A DNA stretch of 64,000 bases from Candidatus Multivoradales bacterium. GTDB taxonomy: Bacteria > Acidobacteriota > Thermoanaerobaculia > Multivoradales > J023. Each line of letters begins with the position of its first letter. The stretch's first letter is position 1. Of the stretch, positions 36,385 through 46,225 are shown one piece after another. The DNA is taken from assembly GCA_965248925.1 (NCBI GenBank), contig CBDFLE010000005.1, positions 607,135-671,134 on the forward strand, given 5' to 3'. A model generated the notes under the pieces. It was not told where the DNA came from. It made no database searches and was given only the letters and a program-made list of their open reading frames with translations. Made by a program: the position numbers and the translations under genes.

Positions 36385-37846
36385 GCTGCGTTTCTCTGAA
36401 CGCCAAGCGCAGCAGATCTGTTGGCTGCGGGCGGTAGAGGAAGCCGACCAGGACGGTTTGTTGATCCCCTTGAAGCTACGCTGGCAGGCTGCTGATGAGA
36501 GTCGCCCCGCGGTGATCGACGCTTCTGCCGCGAGTTGGCTAGCGCAGCGCGCAGGGCAGCTCCTCGATCACCTTGGCCACACCCTGCCGGGGCAGCAGGC
36601 GACAATCGATTGGAGTCGTCCAGGTCGTGGCCTGGCGGCTCCGGTCTTGTTGGTCGCTCTGCTTCTCGGTGCTTCCAGTAATGCCTTGGGACCCAGTCGA
36701 CAGGTCAATGTTCTGGCGCTGCCGCTGCTCGGTTTGATCACTTGGAATGTGCTGACGCTGATTCTGGGGGTGGCTGTTCGCTGGCTGCCACAAAGCCGTG
36801 GGGTTGGTTTGGCGGGCCGGCTGGCCAAGCAGTTGCAGCGCTTCGCCAGTCGTTGCCTGGCCCGTCTGCCGCTGCCAGCGGGCGCTGCTGGCAAAGACCG
36901 CAGCCAGCTCTGGCGCCACGCTCGGGCTGCATTCACTGTCAACTGGCTGCCCTTGCAGTTGCCTTTAGTGGTGATTCGCTGCCGGCGTCTACTGCATCTA
37001 TCGGCGCTGGCCCTGGTGGCTGGTGCCGTGGCGGGGATGTACCTGCGGGGCATGGCCTTGGCCTATCGACCCAGCTTTGAAAGCACCTTTCTCAGTGCCG
37101 CCACTGTCGACCGGGTGCTGGCGGTGATTCTGGCGCCGGCGGCAGCTCTTCTAGGGCGCCAAGTTCCTTCGGTGGCCGGCCTCGGTGGTACCCACCAACA
37201 GCTGGCCAATCAGTGGATTCACCTGTGGGCGCTGACCGCGGTGATCTTCGTTCTGGGGCCGCGCTTGCTCCTGGTGGGCGGCGACAGCCTGGCGCTGTGG
37301 CGGCGCAGTCGGGGTTTGCGACTGGTGCTGCCGCAGGCGTATTTGCAGCGGCTGCTGGGAGGTAGTAAGCGGAGTTTGATCGAGCTGCTGCCCTATAGCC
37401 ATCAGCCCTCCTCCCAGGCTATTGAGCGGCTCACGCTACTGCTGATGGACCATGCTGGAGCGCGGGCTGAAATTCGCCTCGCAGCGTCCCTGGACTACGG
37501 CGCCGAGGCTCCGGCCGATGAACCGGGCGCGGCGCTGAGGGTGCTGTGGTTTAGTCTCGCCCAGACTCCTGAAGTCGAAGTTCAGGGAGAACTCTTGCAG
37601 CAGCAGCGCCGTGCCGACGGTAGCCGGCAGCTGTTGCTGATAGTGGACGGCACGACCTATCGACAGCGCCTGGGTAGGGCCGCCACGGCGGGCCGCCGCT
37701 TACAAGAACGGCGGCGGGCTTGGGATCTGCTGGCGGCGGAGTACCAGCTCCAAGTCTTGCACCTGCAGCTCGATGAAGATCTCGGCGAGGCGCAGCTAGC
37801 GGCTTTGCGGCATTCGCTGTGGCCCGCCGCCGAGAGTACGCCCTGA
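36368..37846 (+). CDS. Polytopic membrane protein with Leu/Arg-rich C-terminal region, DUF2868-like
   Basis: About 6 TM helices in the middle, followed by a long charged alpha-helical C-terminus. Placed immediately upstream of a P-loop GTPase, the pairing I associate with DUF2868/DUF3482 operons. Family call is from memory, without an HMM. Confidence 0.45.
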   Translation: MLNQPELRFSERQAQQICWLRAVEEADQDGLLIPLKLRWQAADESRPAVIDASAASWLAQRAGQLLDHLGHTLPGQQATIDWSRPGRGLAAPVLLVALLLGASSNALGPSRQVNVLALPLLGLITWNVLTLILGVAVRWLPQSRGVGLAGRLAKQLQRFASRCLARLPLPAGAAGKDRSQLWRHARAAFTVNWLPLQLPLVVIRCRRLLHLSALALVAGAVAGMYLRGMALAYRPSFESTFLSAATVDRVLAVILAPAAALLGRQVPSVAGLGGTHQQLANQWIHLWALTAVIFVLGPRLLLVGGDSLALWRRSRGLRLVLPQAYLQRLLGGSKRSLIELLPYSHQPSSQAIERLTLLLMDHAGARAEIRLAASLDYGAEAPADEPGAALRVLWFSLAQTPEVEVQGELLQQQRRADGSRQLLLIVDGTTYRQRLGRAATAGRRLQERRRAWDLLAAEYQLQVLHLQLDEDLGEAQLAALRHSLWPAAESTP

Positions 37847-37859
37847 GGCAGGAGCGACG

Positions 37860-39389
37860 ATGCAGCCAACCCAGCAACAGCGTGAGTCCAGCGAGCACTT
37901 ACCGACGGTGACTCTCAGTCTGATTTCCCACACCAATGTTGGCAAGACCACACTTGTGCGTACTCTGCTGCGCCGCGATGTCGGTCAGGTGCTGGACCGA
38001 GCCCACGTCACTGAGGTCAGCGAAGTCTATGAGTTGGCGCGCTGCGACAGCGGCGTGCTGCGCCTCTGGGACACCCCCGGCTTTGGCGACTCGGTGCGTC
38101 TCCTGCGGCGTTTACAGCGCCATGATCGCCCGCTGATGTGGTTTGTGCAGCAACTGTGGGACCGGATCACCGATCGACCCCTGTGGTGCGGTCAACAGGC
38201 GGTGTTGAACGTCCGGGACGAGGCCGATTTGGTACTCTACTTGGTTAACGCCGCGGAAGAGCCGCAGGCAGCTGGCTACGTCGCGCCCGAGCTCGATCTG
38301 CTGTCTTGGATGGATCGACCAGTGGTGTTGGTGCTCAACCAAGTAGGAGAAGCGGAGCTGAGCAGCGAGCTGCGGCGCCAACGGCTGGAGAGCTGGCGGC
38401 GGCACGTCGCCCGCTGGCCGATGGTGCGCGAGGTGGTCGAACTCGATGCCTTCAGTCGCTGCTGGGTGCAAGAGAATCTCTTGTTCGATCGCTTGCAGCC
38501 GCACCTGGGGGCAGCCAAGCAAGAGCTGTTCGGCGAGCTGTCGGCGTTGTGGCTGCGGCGCAATCTGGCGGTGTTCGAGCAAGCGGTCCGAGCCGTGGCC
38601 GAATATCTGGCGCTCACCGCCGAGGATTGCGAGTCTTTGCCTCCAGGCTCGACCGGCTTGAAGCGCATCTTCAGCGATGGCGAAGCAATGGCGGAAGACA
38701 AGCAGCGAGCGATCGAAAGCCTCGGCCAAAGACTGGTGACGCGCACCAGTCAGCTAATGCAGGAGCTGCTCGACGCCCATCAGCTGGAGGGTGAGGCGGC
38801 GATGGAGATCGAGAGCCAACTGGGTGCCTTCTCTGTTGCTGGCGAAGAGGGGCTCGACACCGAACGCGGCGCATTCTTGGGAGGTGTGCTCAGCGGTGCC
38901 CTCGGTGGCCTGGCAGCCGATTTGCTGGCTGGCGGACTCACTTTTGGTGGCGGAGTGCTCGCCGGGGCTATCCTGGGTGCCCTCGGCGGCGCCGGCTTGA
39001 GCCGTGGCTATCGCCTGGTCAAAGGAACCGGTCCGCCGGTGATCGGTTGGTCAGCGGCATTTCTCGAACGCCTGGTCGCCCAAGCGCTGGTGCGCTACCT
39101 GGCGGTGGCGCATTTTGGCCGTGGCCGGGGAGAGTTCGAGGCCCTCGAAGAGCCGCAGCGCTGGGGCGTCGCGGTGGCGGCGGCGATCACCATCCACGAT
39201 GCCGAATGGCAAGCCCTGTGGCAGCGCTTCGGCGAGCGAAAAACCAAGCACCCGGAGCCAGTGGCGCGCTTGCAGTCTCTGCTCGATGCCACCGCGCGGC
39301 AGATTCTCGCCACCGGCTATCCTGAGGCGGCGGCCTGGCTCGGCATCGCCGCCGCTGGTTCGGCCCCAAGCGGCTCCGGCGAAGGTTAG
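37860..39389 (+). CDS. P-loop GTPase (MMR_HSR1/YfjP-like G domain) with C-terminal glycine-zipper membrane segment, DUF3482-like
   Basis: G1 'ISHTNVGKTTL', G3 'DTPGFGD', G4-like 'VLNQ'. C-terminal 'GGVLSGALGGLAADLLAGGLTFGGGVLAGAILGALGGAG' glycine zipper. Confidence 0.6.
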   Translation: MQPTQQQRESSEHLPTVTLSLISHTNVGKTTLVRTLLRRDVGQVLDRAHVTEVSEVYELARCDSGVLRLWDTPGFGDSVRLLRRLQRHDRPLMWFVQQLWDRITDRPLWCGQQAVLNVRDEADLVLYLVNAAEEPQAAGYVAPELDLLSWMDRPVVLVLNQVGEAELSSELRRQRLESWRRHVARWPMVREVVELDAFSRCWVQENLLFDRLQPHLGAAKQELFGELSALWLRRNLAVFEQAVRAVAEYLALTAEDCESLPPGSTGLKRIFSDGEAMAEDKQRAIESLGQRLVTRTSQLMQELLDAHQLEGEAAMEIESQLGAFSVAGEEGLDTERGAFLGGVLSGALGGLAADLLAGGLTFGGGVLAGAILGALGGAGLSRGYRLVKGTGPPVIGWSAAFLERLVAQALVRYLAVAHFGRGRGEFEALEEPQRWGVAVAAAITIHDAEWQALWQRFGERKTKHPEPVARLQSLLDATARQILATGYPEAAAWLGIAAAGSAPSGSGEG

Positions 39390-39390
39390 G

Positions 39391-40659
39391 ATGCTGCCGA
39401 TGCAAGTCTTTTTCACCAACCTGGGTTGCAAGCTCAATCAAGCCGAAGTCGACAAGATGGCGCGGCGCTTTGTCGCCGCCGGCCACCGCTTGGCGCCCCG
39501 TTTAGAGGAGGCGGAGCTGCATGTGGTCAATTCTTGCTCCGTCACCCACTTGGCGGCTCGCGACTCGCGCAAGCTGGCTCGCCGAGGCGGCCGCTTGGTG
39601 GCCGGTTTGCGGACCGTTCTGACCGGCTGTTACGCCACCGGCGCCGCGGACGAAGCCGCTGCTTTGGTAGGAGTAGATCTGGTGGTGACCAATGAACAGA
39701 AAGAGCAGCTGTTGGAGAGAGTTCACGCGGCCTTTCCAGAGATCGTACCGCCGGCGCGAGAGGCGTTGCCAGTGCCCTATGTGCCGCTGGATTTTGCTCA
39801 TGCCCGGGCGCTGGTCAAAGTCGAGGACGGCTGCAATATGCGCTGTTCCTTCTGCATCATCCCCTTCCTGCGGGGGCGCCAGCGTAGCCGGCCTTTGGCC
39901 GAGATCGTCGACGAGGTGCAGGCGCTCAGCGCCGGGGGCTATGCTGAAGTGGTGATTACCGGGGTGCAGATCTCCGAGTATGACGACCAAGGCCGGCGAC
40001 TCTATGATCTGACCCGCGCCCTGCTCGCCCAGCCGGCCGGCGCGCGGTTGCGGCTGACCTCGCTTGCGCCGTGGAAGTTTGACCACCGGCTGCTGGCGCT
40101 GTGGGCCGATCGGCGCCTCTGCCGGCACTTCCACATATCGCTGCAAAGTGGCTCGAGCCGGACCTTGCGGCGTATGCGTCGCCCCTATTCGGCTGCCCAG
40201 TATGCAGAGTTGGTGGAACGCATTCGGGAGCAGATTCCAGGGGTAGCGATCACCACCGATGTGATCGTCGGCTTTCCGGGCGAAAGCGACGAAGAGTTCG
40301 CCGACAGCCTGGCCTTTGTTGGACGCATGGGCTTTGCCAGGCCCCATCTTTTCACCTATTCCGAACGCCCAGGTACCGCCGCCGCCGAGCTTCCTGATGC
40401 CCTACCCCCGGCCATCAAGAAAGAGCGCATGGCGGCGTTCAGACAAGTAGCCCTGCGATCGGATTTAGCTTTTCGCCAGAGCCAGCTCGGCGCCACCCTG
40501 GGGGTGGTCTGGGAGGAGCGGCGCGCTGGGCGGTGGAGCGGTCTGAGCGACAACTACTTGCGGCTATTCGCCGAGTCGACCGCAGATCTCAGCGGGCGCC
40601 AGGGACGGGCGCGGCTGCTCGAGATCGAGGGTCCGGGCGTCACTGCCGAGATCGTATAG
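39391..40659 (+). CDS. mtaB: tRNA (N6-threonylcarbamoyladenosine) methylthiotransferase, MtaB-type radical SAM enzyme
   Basis: N-terminal MTTase domain 'VFFTNLGCKLNQAEVD...VVNSCSVT'. Radical SAM 'CNMRCSFCIIP'. C-terminal TRAM-like region. The ATG at 39391 immediately follows the stop of the upstream GTPase gene. Confidence 0.8.
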   Translation: MLPMQVFFTNLGCKLNQAEVDKMARRFVAAGHRLAPRLEEAELHVVNSCSVTHLAARDSRKLARRGGRLVAGLRTVLTGCYATGAADEAAALVGVDLVVTNEQKEQLLERVHAAFPEIVPPAREALPVPYVPLDFAHARALVKVEDGCNMRCSFCIIPFLRGRQRSRPLAEIVDEVQALSAGGYAEVVITGVQISEYDDQGRRLYDLTRALLAQPAGARLRLTSLAPWKFDHRLLALWADRRLCRHFHISLQSGSSRTLRRMRRPYSAAQYAELVERIREQIPGVAITTDVIVGFPGESDEEFADSLAFVGRMGFARPHLFTYSERPGTAAAELPDALPPAIKKERMAAFRQVALRSDLAFRQSQLGATLGVVWEERRAGRWSGLSDNYLRLFAESTADLSGRQGRARLLEIEGPGVTAEIV

Positions 40660-40668
40660 TCTGCGCCC

Positions 40669-41079
40669 ATGCCGCCCTCTACAGATCACTTACAACCCGC
40701 GACCCATCTCAGAATCGATCCACGGTTCTCTGGACGGCTGGTGAAGTTGGGTCCCGGCGAGGCCGAAGTGGCTCTTGAGACGGTGCCGGAAATGCTCGCC
40801 GACGACCAGGGCCTGGTGCATGGCGGCTTCATTTTTTGCCTGGCAGACTACGCCGCGATGCTGGCGATTAACCAAGCGAATGTGGTGCTTGGCCAGGTAG
40901 AGATGCGATTCTTGCGGCCGGTGAGAGTGGGGGAAACGGTGCTGGCGAAAGCCGTTCTGGCGGGTCGGGAAGGTAAGAAGATGAGGGTCGAGGTCACCGT
41001 CTTGCGGGGTGAAGAGGAGGTAGCGGCGGGGCAGCTAACCTGTTTTGTCCCTGGCCGGCATGTCTTGGCAAAAAACTGA
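40669..41079 (+). CDS. Hotdog-fold thioesterase (PaaI/YbgC-like)
   Basis: 'LVHGGFIFCLADYAAMLAIN' matches the PaaI-family active-site helix. 136 aa. Confidence 0.72.
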   Translation: MPPSTDHLQPATHLRIDPRFSGRLVKLGPGEAEVALETVPEMLADDQGLVHGGFIFCLADYAAMLAINQANVVLGQVEMRFLRPVRVGETVLAKAVLAGREGKKMRVEVTVLRGEEEVAAGQLTCFVPGRHVLAKN

Positions 41080-41104
41080 TCACTGTTGCTGGAGAAGCTA
41101 GAGC

Positions 41105-42856
41105 ATGAGTCAACCATTGAGCGGCGGCGATCTGCTGGCTGAAGTCTTGGTGCAACAAGGTGTCGAGCTGCTCTTCACCCTCTGCGGTGGGCATATTTCA
41201 CCTATTTTGGTTAGCGCCAAGCAGCGTGGTATTCGCATCATCGACGTGCGCGATGAAGCCTCAGCGGCGTTTGCCGCCGATGCCGTTTCGCGCCTGACCG
41301 GCGCTGTCGGGGTGGCGGCGGTCACCGCTGGGCCGGGGGTCACCAACACCCTGACGGCGGTCAAGAACGCGCAGTTGGCACAGTCGCCGATGGTGCTCCT
41401 GGGCGGCGCTACGGCCACCATCCTCAAAGGGCGCGGAGCGTTGCAAGATATCGATCAGATGGCCTTGATCAAACCGCACGTCAAATGGGCGACGGCGGTG
41501 ACTCGGGTCAACCAGCTAGTGCCAGCTCTCGAGCGGGCTTTCCTCGAGGCACGGCGTGGCGTGCCGGGGCCGGTGTTCGTCGAGGTGCCGGTCGATTTGC
41601 TCTACCAACAAGACGTGGTGCGGCAGATTTATGGTGTCGGTCCGCAGGCGGCGGCGCCCAAGAGTCGCAGCGAGTCGATGTTGCGTTGGTATTTGACCCG
41701 GCATCTGCGCAAGATCTTCGGCGGCGCCGAAGACAATCGGGCCAGCGAACCGCAGGCAGTGCAGTCGCCACGGGCCACCGAGGGTCAACTGCGGCACATC
41801 GCCGACGCCATCGCCAAGGCCCAGCAGCCGGTTATTTTGGTGGGCAGCCAGGCGGTAGCCGCGGCCTCGAGAGTCGAAGAAGTGGCGGCCGCCCTCGCGG
41901 CGTTGGAGATTCCCTGTTTCCTGAGCGGCATGGCCCGAGGTCTGCTGGGGGCTGGCCATCGCCTACACCTACGCCATCAACGACGAGCGGCGCTGCAGGA
42001 GGCCGACCTCATCTTGCTGCTGGGCGTCCCCTGCGACTTCCGCCTCGACTATGGCCGTAGCCTGTCGCGGCGGGCCAAGCTGGTGTCGATCAACCTCAGC
42101 GCTGAAGACTTGAAGAAAAACCGCAAACCTCAAATCGGCGTGCTCGCCGAGCCCGGAGACTCGATCATTCGCCTGGCCGCAGTGGTCGAGTCTGGTGCCG
42201 AGCGCTGGGCGTCGTGGTTGGCGTCGCTGCGGCAGCGCGACCTGGAGCGTGAAGCCGACATTGATCGGCGGGCGGCGGTGGCGGCTGGCGGTGGCATTAA
42301 CCCCCTACGCCTGTTTCGTCAGCTCGATGCGGTGCTGGAAGACGATAGCGTGCTGGTGGCGGACGGCGGCGATTTCGTCGCCACGGCTTCCTACACCTTG
42401 CGTCCGCGGGGCCCCTTGCGGTGGCTCGATCCGGGGGTTTTTGGTACCCTGGGGGTAGGCGGTGGCTTCGCGCTGGGGGCCAAGCTGACCCGCCCCGAGG
42501 CCGAGGTATGGCTGCTTTGGGGGGATGGATCCTCAGCCTACACGTTGGCTGAATTTGACACTTACGTGCGCCATCAGGTGCCGGTGATTGCGGTGGTGGG
42601 CAACGACGCTAGTTGGATGCAGATCGCCCGTGAACAAGTCGAGGTGTTAGGGGATTCCTGCGCCACCGATCTACGCCACACCGACTATCACCGGGTGGCC
42701 GAAGGTTATGGCGGCAAAGGGCTGCTGCTCGACCGCGAAGAGGATATTCCGCGAGTGCTCGCCGAAGCCAAGGCCGCGGCGCGTCAGGGCATACCTGTGT
42801 TGGTGAACGTGATTCTCGGCAAGACAGATTTCCGCAAGGGCTCGATCTCGATGTAG
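41105..42856 (+). CDS. Thiamine-diphosphate-dependent enzyme of the acetolactate-synthase / 2-hydroxyacyl-CoA-lyase / oxalyl-CoA-decarboxylase family
   Basis: N-terminal Pyr domain '[11 protein letters not shown]...[29 protein letters not shown]'. Central domain. C-terminal PP domain with '[14 protein letters not shown]...VGNDASW' ThDP/Mg motif (GDG-X24-NN-like). Confidence 0.78.
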   Translation: MSQPLSGGDLLAEVLVQQGVELLFTLCGGHISPILVSAKQRGIRIIDVRDEASAAFAADAVSRLTGAVGVAAVTAGPGVTNTLTAVKNAQLAQSPMVLLGGATATILKGRGALQDIDQMALIKPHVKWATAVTRVNQLVPALERAFLEARRGVPGPVFVEVPVDLLYQQDVVRQIYGVGPQAAAPKSRSESMLRWYLTRHLRKIFGGAEDNRASEPQAVQSPRATEGQLRHIADAIAKAQQPVILVGSQAVAAASRVEEVAAALAALEIPCFLSGMARGLLGAGHRLHLRHQRRAALQEADLILLLGVPCDFRLDYGRSLSRRAKLVSINLSAEDLKKNRKPQIGVLAEPGDSIIRLAAVVESGAERWASWLASLRQRDLEREADIDRRAAVAAGGGINPLRLFRQLDAVLEDDSVLVADGGDFVATASYTLRPRGPLRWLDPGVFGTLGVGGGFALGAKLTRPEAEVWLLWGDGSSAYTLAEFDTYVRHQVPVIAVVGNDASWMQIAREQVEVLGDSCATDLRHTDYHRVAEGYGGKGLLLDREEDIPRVLAEAKAAARQGIPVLVNVILGKTDFRKGSISM

Positions 42857-42987
42857 GAGTGAGTCGCACGGCGCCTCCCTGTGCATGTTTCTTGCACCAA
42901 GTAGCGCCGGGATCGAGTGAAAACTTCCTGCCGCCATAGAGCTTTCCTGCTGTCTGGCCGGCAACTGGTCAAAAAGGACCCAACTAC

Positions 42988-44067
42988 ATGATTAGACAGA
43001 GCTTCCACCGACACCTGCCAGCGCACCACGGTGGCGCTAGCGCTGCCTTTCTGGTGCTGCTGCTGGTGATGGGTGCCGTTACGGCAGGTGCTCAGAGCGT
43101 CAAAGAGCAGCTACGGCGCGAGGCCGAGCGCGCCAAGGCAGATGCTTCCGGGTCGCGGACCGTGGATCCAACGCAGTGGCCCGCGGTGGTGGCTAAGGTC
43201 AACGGCGAGGAGATCCACCGTATCGAATTGATGACCCAGGCCGACTTGATGCGCAGTCAAGTCGTCAGATCCGGAGGCAGCGATCCGGGGGACTCGACCG
43301 CCTTCTACCGCGAAGTGCTCAGCGGTTTGGTGGGCGAGGTGTTGGTGTTTCAGCATGCTCGGGCCACCGACAGCGACGCCACCGCAGAGGAGATTGCGCA
43401 GTCCATCGCCGGCATGCGTAGCCGCTTCGATAATCAAGCAGTTTTCGAAGCCGAGCTCGAGCGCCAAGGCACCAACAGTGAACGGTTGCAGCAGCAGGTT
43501 CATCGGGCGCTGTCGATCCAGAAGTTCATCGATCAGGTGCTGGCACCGCAGATCACTATCTCGGAGGAGGCCAAGCGGGCTTTCTACGCCCAGAACAAGG
43601 ATCGCCTACAGATCCCTGAGCGACGCCGAGTGCGCCACATCATGCTGCTCGCCAGCCGCGATGCTGCCGAGGATATTCGCGCACGAGCCAATGGCCGCGC
43701 CAAGGCGCTACGGGCGCGACTCGGTGGCGAAGCGGATTTCGCCGCGATGGCGCGGGAGCATAGCGAGGACAAGAGCAGCAGTGAAGACGGTGGTGAGTTG
43801 GGATGGGTCGTCCGCAGTGGCCAGCGCCCAGAATTCGAGGCCGCGGCTTTTTCGCTGCGAGAGCCCGGCGAGATCAGCGGCGTCGTCGAGACAGCCGCCG
43901 GTTTCCACATCTTGCAGTTGGTCGAGTCGCAGCCTGCTCGGGCAAGAAGTTATGAGGAGACCGAGGAACAAATCGGCAAGCACCTCAAAGACGGCGAGAT
44001 GCAGCGCGCCGTACAGCGCCAGGTCGAGACCTTACGCGGCCGAGCGCAGATCGAGATCGGCATCTAG
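42988..44067 (+). CDS. SurA/PrsA-like periplasmic peptidyl-prolyl cis-trans isomerase (parvulin domain)
   Basis: Signal/TM N-terminus. SurA-like N-terminal chaperone region. Parvulin domain 'RVRHIMLL...GGELGWVVRSGQRPEFEAAAFSL...GFHILQL'. Confidence 0.72.
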   Translation: MIRQSFHRHLPAHHGGASAAFLVLLLVMGAVTAGAQSVKEQLRREAERAKADASGSRTVDPTQWPAVVAKVNGEEIHRIELMTQADLMRSQVVRSGGSDPGDSTAFYREVLSGLVGEVLVFQHARATDSDATAEEIAQSIAGMRSRFDNQAVFEAELERQGTNSERLQQQVHRALSIQKFIDQVLAPQITISEEAKRAFYAQNKDRLQIPERRRVRHIMLLASRDAAEDIRARANGRAKALRARLGGEADFAAMAREHSEDKSSSEDGGELGWVVRSGQRPEFEAAAFSLREPGEISGVVETAAGFHILQLVESQPARARSYEETEEQIGKHLKDGEMQRAVQRQVETLRGRAQIEIGI

Positions 44068-46223
44068 GAGCCGGGTGACTCTGCTGGCGGCGGCGCTCGG
44101 CGAACCGTCAGCGGAGCTCGGCAGGTGATGCCGCCGTTGCGGGCCGAGAACCAAGCAACGTTCTCGTACAGCGGATCCACCTCGAGCAAGTAGCTCCCTG
44201 CTTCCTCTGGCGCGGTCACGCTCAGCCAGGTGGTTAGCTCAGCACCCGCGGCGACCGCCTGGGAGAGATCAGTGCGTTGTCCCTCGCCGGCCAGCACCTC
44301 GCCGTCAGCGCGCAGCCAGTGGTAGCTCATGCGGACTCGGGCGGCGCCGCGGGCTGGCCAGGAATAGTCGCTGATATTGCGCAGCCGGGCTAGGGCCTGC
44401 AGCTGACTACCGGCGCTGACTTCAGCAGGTGCGCTACAGCTCAGCCACTGCAAATGGAATAGATCTCGTTCGAGTTCGTCGGCGGCGCCCAACCAAGTCA
44501 ACTCGGCGCCGACGGCAAAGGTGGCGGCCAACGGTGGCGCCGCCGCGGCATCTCGCCAACCGGGCCTCTCACCCGAACCAGCGCTGAGCTCCAAGCGATA
44601 GAGATAGAGTGCGCTGCCAGCGGCCGTGCGCAGTTCACGCCCCGTCCCCAGCGCCAGTCGCAGCCGTTGCGTGTCGCTGTTACCACCAGCCAGCTGCTGC
44701 TGATCCACTGACGAAGCCAGGGTAGTAGTGCTACCTTGCCGCGCCCAGCTGCGCAAGTTGATGGCGATGTCGGTCAGCCGACGGGGGCTTTCCAACCAAA
44801 GTTCATGCGGTCGCGGTCCGGCGATAGAGAGCAGCCGATCTCTGACCAGCAAGACATCTTTCTTGGCGAACCACAGCCGGCCCTCGGGCAGCTGCTGGGC
44901 CTGCCAGCCGGGTAGTTCGGCAAGGCGCCAGATCTCGAGCGGCAACCAGCGCCAGGGGAAAGCTCGGGTGTGGGCGGCAAGGGGGCCACCTGGGGCGGCA
45001 CTGCCAAAGGGTTGAAGGGTTAGGGTGAGTAGTAGAGGAGCAGCCAAAGCAAAGCCCGCCAAAGTCGCCACTTGCATTCGGCGGCTCTGACCTAGCGGAC
45101 CGGCAAAGGCAAAGAACAGGGGTAAGGCCGCCAACCACCGCGGCTCGCCAAGTTCAGCCGCCAATTCCCTCTCCTCAATCTGCCCGGCGAGCAGCAGGCC
45201 ATAGGCCAGCAACGCCAGCAGCAGACGCCCTCGTCGTCCGGGCGCCGAACCTAGGCCAGCCAAACCCAAGAGTAGGGCGGGGATAACGAATGGGAAGTAG
45301 GGTAGGAGTCCCCGGTAGCGGCCTGCCAAAAACGTCACCAATTGGTGACGCGGCGGCGCGGCCGGCACCTTCTCCAGGCTTCTGGCTGACGCTAAATCCA
45401 AGGCTGTGGGTACCGTCGGACTAGAGACTCGCACGCGCAGTGCCGCGTCGCTGCTCACGGGCCAGGCGCGGCCGTTCCAGGCCAAGCTCAGCAAGGCGAC
45501 CAATGCCAGAGTGGCGCCAAGTCCCAACAGCCAGCGGGCCGCCAACCGCGGGCCGCCGAGCAACAGCAACTCGACCCACAACAAGGCGCCGACCACCGCC
45601 GCCAAGGGCTGGTGGATGATCGCCAGACCGAGGACCGCACCACTCAGCACCAGCCCTCCAGGGCGTGTTCGGCGACGACCGGCGGCGGGCCACGCCAGGA
45701 ACAACGCCAGCGCCACCGCTGCCAGAACCAGGATCTCGGCCCGATAGCGGAAAACGTAGGGCCAAGGCAAACCCAAAGCCAAAGCGCCGCCGGCAAAGAG
45801 CAGAGCCCCCCCGCCCAGCTTCCCGTCCTGGCTCAGTAGGCGGGCGCAGCAGTACCAGGCAAGTAGCCACAGCAGAAGATTCAGCAGCAACGGCCCGGCG
45901 GCCCCTAGCGCGGCCCAAAAAGGAGCCGCCAAAAGGGCGTAGGGCAGAGCTTGGGCGTAGGTTGGCTCCCCTTGCAGCCCGCCTTGCGGGGCAACGGCGA
46001 GGGCAATCTGCACTTCGCCGGCGTAGGGGAAGTTGGCATAGAGGGCTTCCAGGTCTGCAACATCCAGGTGCAGATCGGCTGTGTCCGCTAAGCTAGCTAT
46101 CTGCAGCAACACCGTGGGTTCGGTGCCGTCCAGGCTCAACGGCCGGCCGGGCTTCTCTAGGGTCAGAGGAAAGAGCAACAGGGCGGCGGCGATAGCCGCC
46201 AGGGTAAGGCGGGTAGTAGACAC
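44064..46223 (-). CDS. Large polytopic membrane protein (about 10+ TM helices) with C-terminal soluble domain; possible GT-C-fold glycosyltransferase-like protein
   Basis: Long hydrophobic N-terminal two-thirds with aromatic-rich loops ('FWAALGAAGPLLLNLLLWLLAWYCC'), then a C-terminal soluble region. The start is uncertain (GTG at 46223 abutting the upstream CorC gene, or an overlapping ATG at 46280). Confidence 0.4.
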   Translation of the reverse strand: MSTTRLTLAAIAAALLLFPLTLEKPGRPLSLDGTEPTVLLQIASLADTADLHLDVADLEALYANFPYAGEVQIALAVAPQGGLQGEPTYAQALPYALLAAPFWAALGAAGPLLLNLLLWLLAWYCCARLLSQDGKLGGGALLFAGGALALGLPWPYVFRYRAEILVLAAVALALFLAWPAAGRRRTRPGGLVLSGAVLGLAIIHQPLAAVVGALLWVELLLLGGPRLAARWLLGLGATLALVALLSLAWNGRAWPVSSDAALRVRVSSPTVPTALDLASARSLEKVPAAPPRHQLVTFLAGRYRGLLPYFPFVIPALLLGLAGLGSAPGRRGRLLLALLAYGLLLAGQIEERELAAELGEPRWLAALPLFFAFAGPLGQSRRMQVATLAGFALAAPLLLTLTLQPFGSAAPGGPLAAHTRAFPWRWLPLEIWRLAELPGWQAQQLPEGRLWFAKKDVLLVRDRLLSIAGPRPHELWLESPRRLTDIAINLRSWARQGSTTTLASSVDQQQLAGGNSDTQRLRLALGTGRELRTAAGSALYLYRLELSAGSGERPGWRDAAAAPPLAATFAVGAELTWLGAADELERDLFHLQWLSCSAPAEVSAGSQLQALARLRNISDYSWPARGAARVRMSYHWLRADGEVLAGEGQRTDLSQAVAAGAELTTWLSVTAPEEAGSYLLEVDPLYENVAWFSARNGGITCRAPLTVRRAPPPAESPGS

Positions 46224-46225
46224 CT

